Assembly: GCF_002105155.1 (NCBI RefSeq)
Contig: NW_019029005.1
Span: forward strand, 310,001-374,000
Direction of reading: 5' to 3'
Source: Lobosporangium transversale
Taxonomy: Eukaryota
DNA length: 64,000 nt
Every line of letters begins with the position of its first letter. The first letter of the stretch is position 1. Both the position numbers and the translations under genes were made by a program. Of this stretch, positions 51,214 through 64,000 are shown piece by piece. The notes beneath the pieces were generated by a model that worked only from the letters and a program-made list of their open reading frames with translations, did not search any database and was not told the origin of the DNA.

Positions 51214-52946
51214 ATGGAGTATCGACCAGAGCTCACTCAACAACAAATGTAAGGAACAGTATATAACCCCATCGACTTTACTTGTTACTTGTACTTGTAA
51301 AAATTTGTTGTTTTTAAATAAGTATGTTTTTATATCTCTTCATATGATACTCTAGTCTTTGTTGTTCATGTGGAACAACTATTCCCCAAACCCTACGAAT
51401 ATGTGTATCAACTGTATTCGTAATCAAGTTGATATAACTGAAGGGATCCCAAAGCACGCCACCATCTGCTTCTGCCGTAACTGCGAACGTTACCTTCAGC
51501 CTCCTATGCATTGGGTTGCTTGCCAGTTGGAGTCGAGAGAACTACTTGCATTGTGCTTAAAGAAGCTCAAGGGTCTAAATAAAGTCCGCCTTGTCGATGC
51601 AGGCTTTATCTGGACAGAACCTCATTCAAAACGTATCAAGCTCAAGTTGACTATCCAAAAAGAAGTCTTTACCTCGACTATTCTGCAACAAATTTTTGAA
51701 GTCGAGTTTGTCGTCTCGCATCAGCAGTGTGATGACTGTGCCAAGGTCATGGCTCAAAATACATGGAAAGCTATGGTTCAAGTTCGTCAAAAGGTTGATC
51801 ACAAACGTACTTTCTTATACTTGGAGCAGTTGATTATCAAGCATAGTGCACACAAGGAGACTATTAACATCAAAGAATGCAAAGACGGAATCGATTTTTA
51901 CTATGGATCTCGTTCACATGCCTTGAAAATGGTCGAATTCCTGGCAGCAGTCACGCCATTGAGGAGTAAATCCTCTGAACAGCTCATTTCTACCGATATT
52001 CATTCAGGATCATCAAATTACAAGTTCAGTTACTCGGTTGAGTTGGTTCCTATCTGTAAAGATGACTTGCTTTGTTTACCACCTAAGGTTGCTAAGGCCT
52101 TGGGAAACATCAGTCCCTTGGTCATATGTTATAGAGTTGGAAATTCTGTCCATGTCATGGATGTAAACACACTTGCTGTTGCAGAGGTCTCGACCCAAAC
52201 ATACTGGCGTACTCCCTTTCAAGCATTAGCATCGGTGAAACAATTGACTGAGTACTATGTCCTCGATGTTGAGCCTTGTGGGCCTGTCCGTGGCAAGTAT
52301 GTCTTGGCCGACATCCAGGTAGCTCGTGCAAATGACGTTGGCCGTAACGATACCACTTTCTTTGCGCGCTCTCATCTTGGAGGTGTTCTCAACCCTGGTG
52401 ACAGTGTTATGGGCTATGATATTGCATCATCCAACTTCAACAACGATGCATTCGATGGACTTCACCGAGGATCTTTGCCAGATGTAATTTTGATCAAGAA
52501 GGCTTACCCAGCACATCGAAAGCGCAATCGTGGACGTAACTGGCAATTGCGACAGCTCCAGAAGGAAGAGGAGGAAATGGCTCCTCGCAAACAAGATCAA
52601 GAACGCATCGAGCATGATTATGAAATGTTCTTGCGCGATCTTGAAGAAGATCCAGAACTTCGAGCTACTATTAATCTTTATAGAGGTGTGTATCTTTTAG
52701 CATCATTTATATTTTGCACCAATGAGCACACATATATTAATTTTATTGTTATTGTTATTACTATTTATCAATTCTATAGCTGACAAGCCGAAACCGGTGC
52801 AAGATTCAAATATGGATAATGAGTCGGACTTTGAAGACGAAGATTTCCCTGAGGTTCAGTTAGATGAGCTCTTGGACAACCTCAATTTGGATGATGGCCC
52901 TGATGGCGAGTTTTCGGAGGAGGGTGAAGACATGATGATGGATTAA
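51214..52946 (+). CDS. NMD3: 60S ribosomal export adaptor Nmd3
   Basis: PNPTNMCINC, FCRNCERYL, DAGFIWTEPHSKRIK, VQVRQKVDHKRTFLYLEQLI, C-terminal LDELLDNLNL NES. Confidence 0.97.
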
Positions 52947-53764
52947 GCATCATCACCGAAGCAGAATACTTGTAGATTATATCCTCCATCCAACTCCTAC
53001 ATTTTTTCATATTTTTGTTTGTAAAACAATGATGTCCATAAACTTTAGCATCCTAGACACTGGTTTCATTCAAACATTAATGGCCCACTTCATATGAACT
53101 TTTGGTTATACAAAGTCTATAATTCTACTGCTCAGTAACTCTCCGCTCAAAAGACATGACTTTTCTGGGCTCAAGTTAGTTGATAGCTCCACTATAATCG
53201 CAGTCCAGCCTTTTCCTTGGTCATACCCTCATGGATATTTAATAGTCCATTATATTATTAATAAACAATTGGTAGTTTAAGAGCTGAGGCAACGTGTTAC
53301 TCTGCTTAAGTTTCTACTCTGTGTGAGCTTTTAGCCTAATAACATGCTAGGTAAATCATTAGAAAACGTATGAAGAAAAAGGCAAATATACTACAGAATC
53401 CGAAGCCGGCTCTTGATGCAAGTTAGTTTTAGGATAGATCAGCTCCGTTAGGGTTTAGCCTGCTTCACTCGTTATTATTTCGCGGCGTCCTTGGAGTTTT
53501 TTTATTTTATTATGAGTCCAGTTTACAGTTAGATATTCTTGGCGGGCCTTCCCAAGAAAGGTAAATGTCTTGTCCCTTGCTCACTGACTTTAGGCCAGTT
53601 ACTGTGAGGGTATGCGGCGTCCAAGCGCTTGCTGTGTGCTTAATAGGTCGCATGCAGATCTCGTGGCAGTTATTTTGACGTACTCAAAATGTTAAGTAAT
53701 GTGGATGGATAAATCTAGTGTATGGAATAATGAGAATGGGAGAAGCATATTGACAAAAGCAGTT

Positions 53765-53795
<31 letters not shown>

Positions 53796-54174
53796 GAATC
53801 GATAGGATAAGAGGATAGATAATTCGAATGAAGACTGACCAGCATGGGGAAGGTTCTTTCATACTTCTTACTTTAATTTCATCGCCACATTCCACGTGTA
53901 ACTAAATATGGCTCGTGCTCAAATAAAGTTGGCTGGTTTGGAACGGCGTTCGTCAAGATCATCGAGTTATCTAAGTCGTCCAACATACCAAGGCGCCAAG
54001 ATACTCAAGATACCCAAGATAAGCAAGGAATTTCAACCAAGCAGGACACCCAAGCTAGCGAATTAAAACCGGAAATATTAGATTGTGCAAATCTCTAATA
54101 CTACTTTATTGATGCAAAAAAAATGTGAAAAGGCCAATTGTCTAAAACTACTTTTATGTCTATTTTTACTTTAT

Positions 54175-56739
54175 TTACTTCTGCTCTTCCTTCTGCTTCT
54201 TCTGATATGCCTTGATCAATTCAATCTGGTCCTGAGGTTGTACCCTTTGATGACGAAGGTACTCCATCGAGAACTCACCCTTGCCTTGGGATTGACCACG
54301 GATCTCAGAGGCATATCCAAACATGGCATTCAGCGAAACCTCTGCCACACAACTAAAGTAGTCCTCTCCAGACTCTGTATCGACAATAGTTCCTTTGCGC
54401 TTGTTGATACCACCAATGACTGTACCTTGGAACTCAATAGGTGCAGTAACATCAACCTTCATGATAGGCTCCATAATCACGGGGTTGGCTTTCATATACG
54501 CTTCCTTGAATGCGTTCAATGTTGCAAGCTTGAAAGCCAATTCTGAGGAATCGACAGCGTGAGCGGCTCCATCCTCAAGGATCATGCGAACACCAGTGAT
54601 GGGGTGTCCAATCAAGAAACCCTTCTGCATGCCCTCACGGAATCCCTTCTCACAAGCAGGAATAAAGTTAGTAGGAATGTTACCTCCCACAACTCTGGAT
54701 TCAAAGAAGGCATCTTTGCCATCCTCGTCACTCTCTGCAGGTTCAATATATCCTTGGACACGACCATACTGACCAGCTCCTCCAGACTGCTTCTTGTGAG
54801 TGTAGTTGAACTTGGCCGAGTTCGTAATAGCCTCACGGAAAGCGACCTGAGGCTTTCCAGTCACACAGTCGACATTGTACTCACGGCGCATACGTTCAAC
54901 ATAAATTTCCAGGTGCAACTCTCCCATACCAGAGATAATAGTCTCTTTGGTCTCAGAATCGACGTGAACCGTGAAGGTAGGATCCTCTTTCTGGAAACGG
55001 TTCAGGGCCTTGGAGAAGTTTGGAGTCTCCTTGCCTTAGGCTTAAGCGACAGTGAAATGACAGGGGTAGGGACGAACATCGAGGTCATGGTATATTGGAG
55101 AGCGCCATCTGTAAAAGTATCTCCAGAGGAACAGTCAACACCAAACATGGCACAGATCTCTCCGGGTCCAATCTCATCAACATCCTCGAGCTCATCGGCA
55201 TGCATGCGTACCAGACGAGGGACCTTGACCTTCTTATCGTTCTTAACGTTGGTGATGAACCCTCCGCGACGCAACATACCCTGATAGACACGCATATAAG
55301 TCAGCTGACCGAAGCGCCCTTCTTCCAACTTGAAAGCCAAACCAACAAAGGGATCCTTCTCGCCTGATGATAGCGTAACCTTGGCTTCCTCATTCTTGAT
55401 GTCCAAAGCAATATTCTCAACTTCATTGGGACTGGGAAGATAGGCGCAAACAGCGTCCAAGAGAGGCTGGACGCCCTTGTTCTTGATAGCAGATCCCATC
55501 ATGACTGGGATGAACTTACGGGCGATAGTGGCGCGACGAATAGCTTCCTAGATAATCATGATTTATATTAAAATTCACATCAGTATCAACCAATTATAGA
55601 TGTATTTGTTATAATGGGCTTTAGATCTTTTAAACACTCACTTACAGCCAGCTGCTCACTTGTGGGGGTTTCCTCCATGATAAACATATCCGACATGGTC
55701 TCATCAACCTCAGCCAAATGCTCGAAGAGTTCAGTACGCTTGGTCTTAGCGAGCTCCAAGAACTCCTGTGGGATCTCGCTCTCAACGACCTGGATTCTGG
55801 ATGGATAAATATTCAGCAGTTTCGAGTAAGTTTCACAAACAAACTAACAAACAAATAAACAAATGAGACGCACGGACTTTCAATAGTTTAGATAAAGCAT
55901 TTACCCATCCTGGCCTTCAAAGGTGATAGCCTTCCATTTCAGAAGATCAATAACACCCTTGAAATTATCCTCAGCACCCATCGGGATCTGAAGGGCGGCG
56001 GCATGCATCTTCAATTTGGTCCGGAGAGCATCTACAACCTTCCACGGATTTGCACCAGCACTAATAAGATTAGAGATTCAACATAGTCATATGAAATGCG
56101 CAATGTAAGTACGTTTTGATGAACATCATTAAAGTACTGTCAACATCGATAATACTTTCGAGAATGCTATTGCTAGGATTGAAGTATTTACCGATCCATC
56201 TTATTGATGAAGCAAATCCTAGGGACGTTATAACGCTTCATTTGGCGGTCGACCGTGATTGTTTGAGATTGTACTCCACTGACAGCGCACAAAACAAGCA
56301 CAGCTCCATCCAAAACACGAAGAGCTCTTTCCACTTCGATGGTGAAATCAACGTGCCCTATATTGAACATGCGATTAACACAAATCAGTCCTTCTCGAGC
56401 CTTTTTTCTTGAATCAATTATTCAAAACCGTTTTCATATTTCCTTCTTCTTACCAGGTGTATCGATGATGTTAAAGTTATAGTCCTTCCATGCCGCATAA
56501 GTGGCAGCGCTCTGAATAGTGATTCCCTTCTCACGCTCCAAGTCCATTGAATCCATCTTAGCCCCAACATTGTCCTTGCCACGAACTTCATGAATTTGGT
56601 TGATACGACCAGTAAAAAAAAGGACACGCTCCGTCAATGTTGTCTTTCCGGAATCAATATGGGCCGAGATACCAATATTGCGCAACCTGTCAATCGATCC
56701 CTATGATCAGAGAAGGATTTCCAGGATTAATAATTGAAG

Positions 56740-56770
<31 letters not shown>

Positions 56771-57039
56771 GCAGCTAGACTTACAGGCTTCACAGGCTGT
56801 GCAGAAGCCGAACTCCAGCGCTTTTGGATCATTCCGACAAGAACCTTTCCAGTACCCTGAGCAGCATGATCCTTCTGAACATGCCAGCGGGGTTGCAAAT
56901 AGAGCATATCTGGGTTAAAGCAGTTTTTTTTGGTGGCAGTGGCAGTGCTGTTGCTGCCATACATAGCTGTTGAGAATGTACGACGGGCCTGTGCGGTCAG
57001 CGCACTGTGTGCGTTGATGAAAGAACGGAAGAAAGTCAT
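54175..57039 (-). CDS. MEF1: Mitochondrial elongation factor G1
   Basis: [76 protein letters not shown]. Confidence 0.97.
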
Positions 57040-57385
57040 AACGAAGAACAATGAATGAGCAACCAAGAAGTAAAGGATCTCTTGAATGTATTCCAGAAGT
57101 TGGAACGAAAGAAAACAAAAAAGAGAGAGAGGACTGTCGGAAGAAAAGGAAAGTAGCCCAAAGGAAGGCAGAAGTGCGGAAGGGAGAGGGCGAGTGAGAG
57201 TGGAAGAGGAGGAAAGAAGAGAAGACAGTCAGGTACCAACCAATGCACGAGTGACTGCATTTCTTTCGGACAATACTTTTTTGTAAACAAACAGTCGCAA
57301 ATGGCAAGTGGCAAGTGATCAGTAGTAGTGAACAAGTAGAGGGAACACCCTTTACTTTTATTTACAATTTAACCCCTAAAATCTC

Positions 57386-58886
57386 TTAGTTGTGGGTGAA
57401 CTTGGCCTTTCTCTTCTCAGCAAAGGCAGCCATACCCTCCTTCTGATCATTAGAGGCGAAAGTTGAGTGGAACAATCTCCTCTCGAAGGTCAAACCAGCC
57501 GCCAAAGGAACCTCAAAAGATTGGTTGATCGCATCCTTGACCATCTGCACAATAGGCTGCGACAGGCTAGCAATTGTTTCGGCGGTCTTAAGAGCTTCAT
57601 CAATGACTTGATCGGCTGGGAGCACTTTGCTCACCAATCCGGCACGCTCCGCCTCAGCAGCTGTCAAATTGACGGAGCCTGTCAAGCACATCTCCATAGC
57701 TTTGGACTTGCCAACAGCCTTGACCAAACGCTGCGTGCCGCCAGCACCAGGGATGGTTCCGAGCTTGATCTCGGGCTGGCCGAAAACGGCCTTGTCACCA
57801 GCATAGATGATATCTATAAGTGAAATGCAACAAAAATGGCGAATTCGAGGTGAATAAGGCCACCATTACAAAGCTTATAAATTTGTCTAAAGTACTACTG
57901 AGTGTCAAGTGAATGTCGAAACAGCTGTGTAAACACTTACCACACATCATGGCCAACTCACATCCACCGCCAAGCTAAATATTTCAATGTCAGTAATTAA
58001 GCAATTCACATTAGTTAAAGAAATGTATAAGAGTCAAGAAAGAGTCTATGAATAACTGATCTGATCTTGATCTGGTTCATTTTTTATCCATGAACCATCC
58101 AAACTTGTTGCTCTTACAGTATGTCAGATCATAGCTAACAAAGATTAAAAAAATAAAATAAAAAAGTCTAAAATTGGTTTCCACTTACAGCAAAACCATT
58201 AACAGCAGCAATGATTGGCTTGCGAATCTTGGTGATCTGGGTCCAGTGACCAAGGAAATCCTCGCTGTAGTTCTCAATGAATTTTCTATCCTTCATCTCC
58301 TTGATGTCAGCGCCAGCTACAATATTAATTCAAACATAAAATATTTTATATTTATGAACTATTTCGACGATGAATTATATGTAAATAAAAGGAGATAAAG
58401 ATAAAGACACATTACCAGCAAAGGCACGCTCACTTCCAGTAAGGACAATAGCACCAATATCCTTATTATCATCAAACTCCCTTAAGACCTGGTTAAGCTC
58501 CACAAAGAGGCCGTTGCAAAGCGCGTTCAGAGCCTTGGGGCGGTGAAGAGTGACGAGGGCGACGCGTCCACGGGTCTCTGTCAAGAGATACTCAAGCTTG
58601 GGAGAAGTAGGGGCAACAGCATCTATTTCGTCCGATGTTGAAATGGGAATGAGAGTGGAAATAGAGCAGAGGATTGGGGGAAAAGCGCGCAAGAAAACAT
58701 TTTATGGCGTGGGAATTAGTTTTTGGGTGTGAAAGAGTATTTTAAAATACAATTGTTCTGTAACAGGTAGACCAGTAATAACTATAAAAGACACTTGCTC
58801 AAGGAAGGGCTGTAAACAGAGAAGGCACGAGTGAGAGGCTTCGCAGCAGAAGCGCGAGCAAGAGGTTGACGAAGGGCAGCAAACAT
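57386..58886 (-). CDS. ECHS1: Mitochondrial short-chain enoyl-CoA hydratase
   Basis: [65 protein letters not shown]. Confidence 0.93.
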
Positions 58887-59102
58887 GGCGATAGATGGAA
58901 GAGGAGTTGGAGTGGAGTGAGTTGAAGTCGAGAAAGAAAAAAAAAGAAAAATCGGGAGTGAATTTGAGTGGTGCTACAGCAATCACGGATACAGAATGCT
59001 CCATCAAAATCACGTGTAAATTCAACGGCTGATGTGACAAATTCATTTTTATTCACAAACTAGTTGGAAGAGGCGCTCTTGCCCTACTTCCTTCTGATCT
59101 TG

Positions 59103-60270
59103 TCAACGATGAAATCCCATAGTTGAGCGTGGGCCTGAATCTGATCCAGATGCAGATCCCCCACCGCCTCCTGCCATTCTTCTTGCTCTAGAAGATGGCT
59201 GTAGTCTTTTGCCCTGACTACTTGTCCTTGATACGGTTGGCCCTGATGCAGCGCTACTTGACCCTGACTTAGCTGCTAGAGCCGCTGCTCGCTTTTCTGA
59301 TCTGCGCTTAAAGTAACTAGCCTTGTAGGCACTGAATCCCTCTTGAAATTTCTTGGGCACTTTCCGAAAAAATGACAGCTCAGGTCGATTATCACGGTTA
59401 AAATGCATATTAAAGATGCGAAGAACTCTGTTACATTGCGGAACGAATCTAATTTAACGACCACACGGAAAAAGTAAGAATCACTATTCTATTATTTAAA
59501 CAAAAGCTGCCAAATGGTGATATCTTGGGTTCTCTACGTACTTTGAAGAGTATCCTAGTTTTTCAGAGTACATTCCAGTAGCAAAGAAGAGAAATAGCGT
59601 CGTTACAGAAAGAAGCAAGAAGAATTTGTGTAGTAGATGAATATAGTATATCTACATTGAAAATACGAGAATAAACAACAGTTAATGAATCTTCTATTTA
59701 AACAGATGAAAAATGTTTTTGAGAAGTAGACTCACAATGCATTTAATTAGTATGATTCAGCGTGAACTGTGTCATCCTTTCAACACTTGTACCTGACTAG
59801 GTTGATAAAACGTGGCAAAGGCGCAATATGCAATCAAAACAATCAAGCAACCCAAGAATGCTATAAAACAATAATAATATTATATTATTAAAAAATACGC
59901 GTGAAAGAACCAGAGAAAGAGTCATTCAAATATTGATTGCATCCTGCAACCGAATCTCTTTTCCAATTCCAAAAGGGGGGAAGTGGAAGGAAGAAGGAGA
60001 GAAAGAGAATAGAGGCAGGCGGGTATACGAGTTATGAATAAGAGATTATCTTGTTACACGCGGCGTACCTTCATATTTCTGCTGCCGCTTCTTAAGCCTA
60101 AACATATTCAGCTTGAGCCGTTCCTCAAAGATCAAAAGATCCCGATATGTAACCGACGATGCATGAAGACTATTGAACTGCTCTTCCGAAACCTTCTCTT
60201 CAGGTGGTGAGGATGCTGGCGTCGCCTCCAACACTTGAGTCACTGGTGAAAAATCCTGGGGCGCTGACAT
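59103..60270 (-). CDS. SPO7: Nem1-Spo7 phosphatase regulatory subunit
   Basis: YRDLLIFEERLKLN..KRQQKYE, two hydrophobic exons, FFATGMYSEK, NRVLRIFNMHF. Confidence 0.8.
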
Positions 60271-60949
60271 AATTGAATCCTCTTTCCCTCCTTTTTTTTT
60301 TTCTCCGTGCTTAAGGTCCCAAAGGTAAAGGTATGAATAAAAATAGACAGTGTATGTGTGTGTACAAAAGGCGGGGTGGAGCCGATATTATTAATATAAA
60401 GCTCCCAAATCATTCATGCAGGCTAACCAACGAGTGCCGAATGTTAATATAATACTATTGATGCCAAGGTCTTTTTGAGTAGATTAAATAATGACAGAAA
60501 CAAGCTTCTATTGAAAATGATGAAATAAGAAATGTAGAGGAATGAGAGGGCCCGCTTGCTTACATGGACGCTTCCCTTTCTTGTGCCGAAATGCATCACG
60601 TGCGCACTCAACAGGAAGCACTTGCGCCACCAACTCACAGTTAATATATATATATATATATATTAGAACACAAAAATGACGATAGCAAAGGAGCCTTCTC
60701 AGCAGTCCAGGGTTTTTGTCACGGGTTGGTGTCAAAAATATAGTCAGAACTAGAAGGGATATTTTCAATACCTTTCTAATATTTGAAGCATGTAGACCTG
60801 CCAAGAATATCCAGGAAATTGGGAGGGTTTTGGAACGGACGCTGCCAAAGTCAGTGCTAACTGGAACCAAAGATACCACGTTTATAAGTAAACACACAGA
60901 CGGGTGCGAACTGCATTGAGCGTAAAGACGATTTCCTAGGACCTATCAT

Positions 60950-61633
60950 GGGACAACGACAGGCAGCCGATGTGAAGGAGATCAGTATAGAAGCTAACCA
61001 AGCAATCGACCGCAGCTGGGAGGGACATCACTTTTTTGATAGTTATGGACCATGGCAAAAGATGTGAACAAGGCGTCGTATGGCGAGAGTATATATGATG
61101 CGATTAAAGTTGATCGCGTGAAAATGTTCTCCATCCCAAGGCTATTGGATACTCCATCTCTGGGCACATCATCAGAAAAAAAAAATACTGTCGTTCCTGT
61201 ACTAAAGCGCCCCGATATCGACTATGGATTTGGGTAGAGTGTCTGATCAAGGTTCTATATAATAACAAGCTCTGCAAATGATTTCACTGTCAGCAATGCA
61301 GGGATCCGTTGTAGGATTAGATCAGCGTGAAGGTGTTTGTAAATACGTTCATGGCTGGTTAAACACGCTTCAACAAGCCGTCAATAACGACCTTTCTTGC
61401 TTTCGAGTATATTTGTCTTGAGTGAAGAATATACTCCCTTCACGAAGCTTGGACCTGACCATTGGCTGACATCTAAGAGATTCTTCCGAAACACTCGACT
61501 AGAAATCGTCGTCATTGCTATTGCTCAGATCATTGGATTAGCTTTACTGCTACAAATATTTTCACAGATGTCGGAAACAACCATTCAATCGACGCAATGT
61601 AAACCTTTTCATGTATTTTATGTGTGCAGCTGA
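60950..61633 (+). pseudogene. Possible decayed gene fragments
   Basis: Short ORF pieces (61052-61237, 61397-61633, the latter with a TM-like segment); no clear model. Confidence 0.2.
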
Positions 61634-61839
61634 AAGAAGTGAAGAGATTTCTACTTCAGAGAGAATGTCAATTTTAAATTCTTTCTTTCTATGAGGCTGG
61701 CTTCTTTATTTTGAAATGATGCGAAATAGGCATAAATAATAGTAGTCTATGAATATGTGAGGAAGAGATGGAGTCTGTGAAAGATCTATAAAATAAGCTT
61801 TGCACTGTACGAGTTTTTTCTATATGAGATTTTTTTTTT

Positions 61840-63777
61840 TTAGGCGTTGGTAGGCTTGAATTGGTAGACCTTAGTGTTCTCATCAAAGTTGACACCGAGC
61901 TCAAACAGCTTCTGAGCAGCCTTTGCAAAGTCGTCAAAGAATTTCTTCTCGTCCTTGGCATAGATTTCGACCCACTTGCGGAATTCCTTATCCTTAGCCA
62001 TGGCCATATCTGCAGGCAACATCATCAATGATTTGGATTCCTTGTCCTCGTACTGCTTGGGACCCTTCCACTTCTTTTCAGTCCAGGTACGACCCAAGAG
62101 TTCAGTGTAGAAGGCATTGGTGAAAACTGTGGGTGAGGCTGTCCATGGACCATCGAAACCAGAGCGATCGGTGTGGCAGCGACCCATAGCGTGTGCTCCC
62201 AAAAGAGCGACAATCTCCTGATCGTTGAAGCCCATCTTGTAGAAGATATCGCGAGAGTGCTGGCCATCAGGTCTAGAAGCATCAGGGAGACGACCATCTG
62301 GAGGGCAATGGTTTTCTTCACCATCGACACGACCGGGTCTCCAGTTGATAGTGGGACCGCCCTACATGAGAAAAAGTAGGAAGGGAGGAAGAGAAAAGAA
62401 CACAGGATTGGTCAGCCATCGTTTTACCTTAGACATTATTGTCGTACATCCTCTATATCAATCATGTCAGTTTTCTTTTTAAGCCTACCGCCTCCTGGAT
62501 AGCAGCAACACCTGCCAAAGTCCAGAGATCACCATAAGAAATCTCAGGGAACTGGTCCTTGACACGGTTCAAACGCTCGCGAGCAATTCCGAGACCAGCG
62601 TTGGCACCGTGGCCAGCTTCGGGCTTGAAGCGCATGGTAGCGTAGTTGGAGCCACCATCTTTGTTGTTGATGTCAAAGGTACCGGAGGCGTGCCATGCAA
62701 GACGAAGGAAGACTGGACCATATGAGCCATCATCGTAGTTATCATCTTCAATGAGGGCAGCAATGGCGTTGTAGACCTTCTGGTAATCAAGAGGCTCCTT
62801 GGGCTTCTCAGCAGTAGCGGCTGCGACCTTAGGAAGCGAAGAATCTGAGAGTTTTGTTGAAACGGATTTGAATTTCAAAACAAAGTTAGTGACCAGGAAA
62901 ATATCAGAAAAGGAGCAACGCCTCCGAGATGAGATGGGAAAAGTAAAAGATATTAATATTCCCGAAATGCATTCAAAAGTGAACACGGAACAGGGAACAG
63001 TGAACAGGGAACAGGGAAAGATAAATATATAAAATAAGATATGGTGACTGGAGTACAAATGTTTGATCAACTCCTACTTGGAATAAAGATACTTTTGTAG
63101 TCTGGTGTAGTATAGAGTTACAAGAGATGGGTTGATACACAATGGATAACAAGATCAGTCATGTAACCATCTTACTCAACAAAATACAAAATTCTTCCTC
63201 CCTCTTCCGATCGAAGGCATAAGAAAATTTAAACTTTGCCCCGAAGAGTTTCTGCCTCCAACTGCACACAGTTTCTTCCCCATATGACAACGTTAAGAAA
63301 AAAAAAAAAAGACAGCACTCAAGTTCAGGTTGGGAAGATAAGAGCTGAAGTGTATAGAAATAACTTTTTCTTCGTTCTTTTATGTTTCAAAATTATTCTT
63401 TTCTTGGTGTCCAAGACGCGAATCTCGGATTTTTAGGCACTGCGCAGCAGAGGGGTAAAAAAAATTTAAACTACTCTGTCCACGGGGAGATTGGTGCCTG
63501 AATTATTGCTGTTATTTTTTTTTTTTTTTTCTTTTTTTGTAATCTCTCCACTATGATCCTATACAAACTTACTTTCATTCTCAAGATAAAGGTGATAGCC
63601 AGCAGCACCAACTCCAGCACCAAGGACAGCAAAAGCTAACTTGGAGCCGAAACCACTAGAGGGAGCAGAAGCTTGGGAAGAATAGGCACGGGTGGCAACA
63701 CGAGCCGAGGTTGTGAAAGCTGCGCGGCGAGCAACAATTGCCAAGGGAGCTCGGAGGAGAACACGGGATCCGATCAT
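61840..63777 (-). CDS. CCP1: Mitochondrial cytochrome c peroxidase
   Basis: Presequence + [64 protein letters not shown]. Confidence 0.96.
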
Positions 63778-64000
63778 ATTTATGTAGAGTGGAGTGAGGA
63801 TTCGAAGGGAGAAGGTGACGATGAGGTGAAGGAATGAGATGAGTAAAAAAAAAAAAGAGAGAGAAAGAGAAAGATGAGCAAGTCAAAACTTTTAGTTTTT
63901 ATACACAAGAGCGGGGAGACATGAGATTCTCCTCGACAAGTCCGAGAGGACAACAGTGAAAGTATCCGAAAACCCGAGAGAGCCCTCTCTGTGCCAGACA

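Noticed and set aside
53447..53458. CTAAACCCTAAC as a telomerase RNA template
   Set aside because: A single short match, host telomere repeat unknown, and no supporting pseudoknot identified.
54085..55367. Long plus-strand ORFs opposite MEF1 (and similar antisense ORFs over CPS and ECHS1)
   Set aside because: Antisense shadows of codon-biased conserved genes.
4214..62400. Numerous frameshifts in conserved genes as pseudogenisation or programmed frameshifting
   Set aside because: They hit essential genes indiscriminately (MEF1, CPS, ATP23, RSM27) as single-base indels, as expected from uncorrected long-read assembly.

Overview
Intron-rich, gene-dense fungal genomic DNA. The gene content (Crinkler-type gene, CryptonF, ELM1-family gene, long poly-A/T tracts) suggests an early-diverging fungus, probably Mortierellaceae; this is inference. 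Many conserved genes carry single-base frameshifts, most likely long-read assembly errors, so exon ends are approximate. The window opens with stacked non-LTR retrotransposon 3' ends (1-3.9 kb). It then holds about 22 host genes: PPR, ATP23, AhpD-like, TBL1/SIF2, RSM27, PWWP, RCHY1/Pirh2, arginine-type CPS large chain, OSH, BBE-like oxidase, amino-acid permease, zinc finger, membrane protein, ATG8, TFC6-like, 2OG oxygenase, ELM1, pyroglutamyl peptidase, NMD3, MEF1, enoyl-CoA hydratase, SPO7, CCP1. Two candidates stand out. (1) The carbamoyl-phosphate synthetase gene has three hairpins with GACCA loops just before its AUG and three covarying hairpins with complementary UGGUC loops just after its stop, a possible 5'-3' kissing-loop RNA control system. 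(2) A CryptonF tyrosine recombinase with a complete catalytic set lies tail-to-tail with a Crinkler PD-(D/E)xK nuclease gene, a possible cargo-carrying Crypton.
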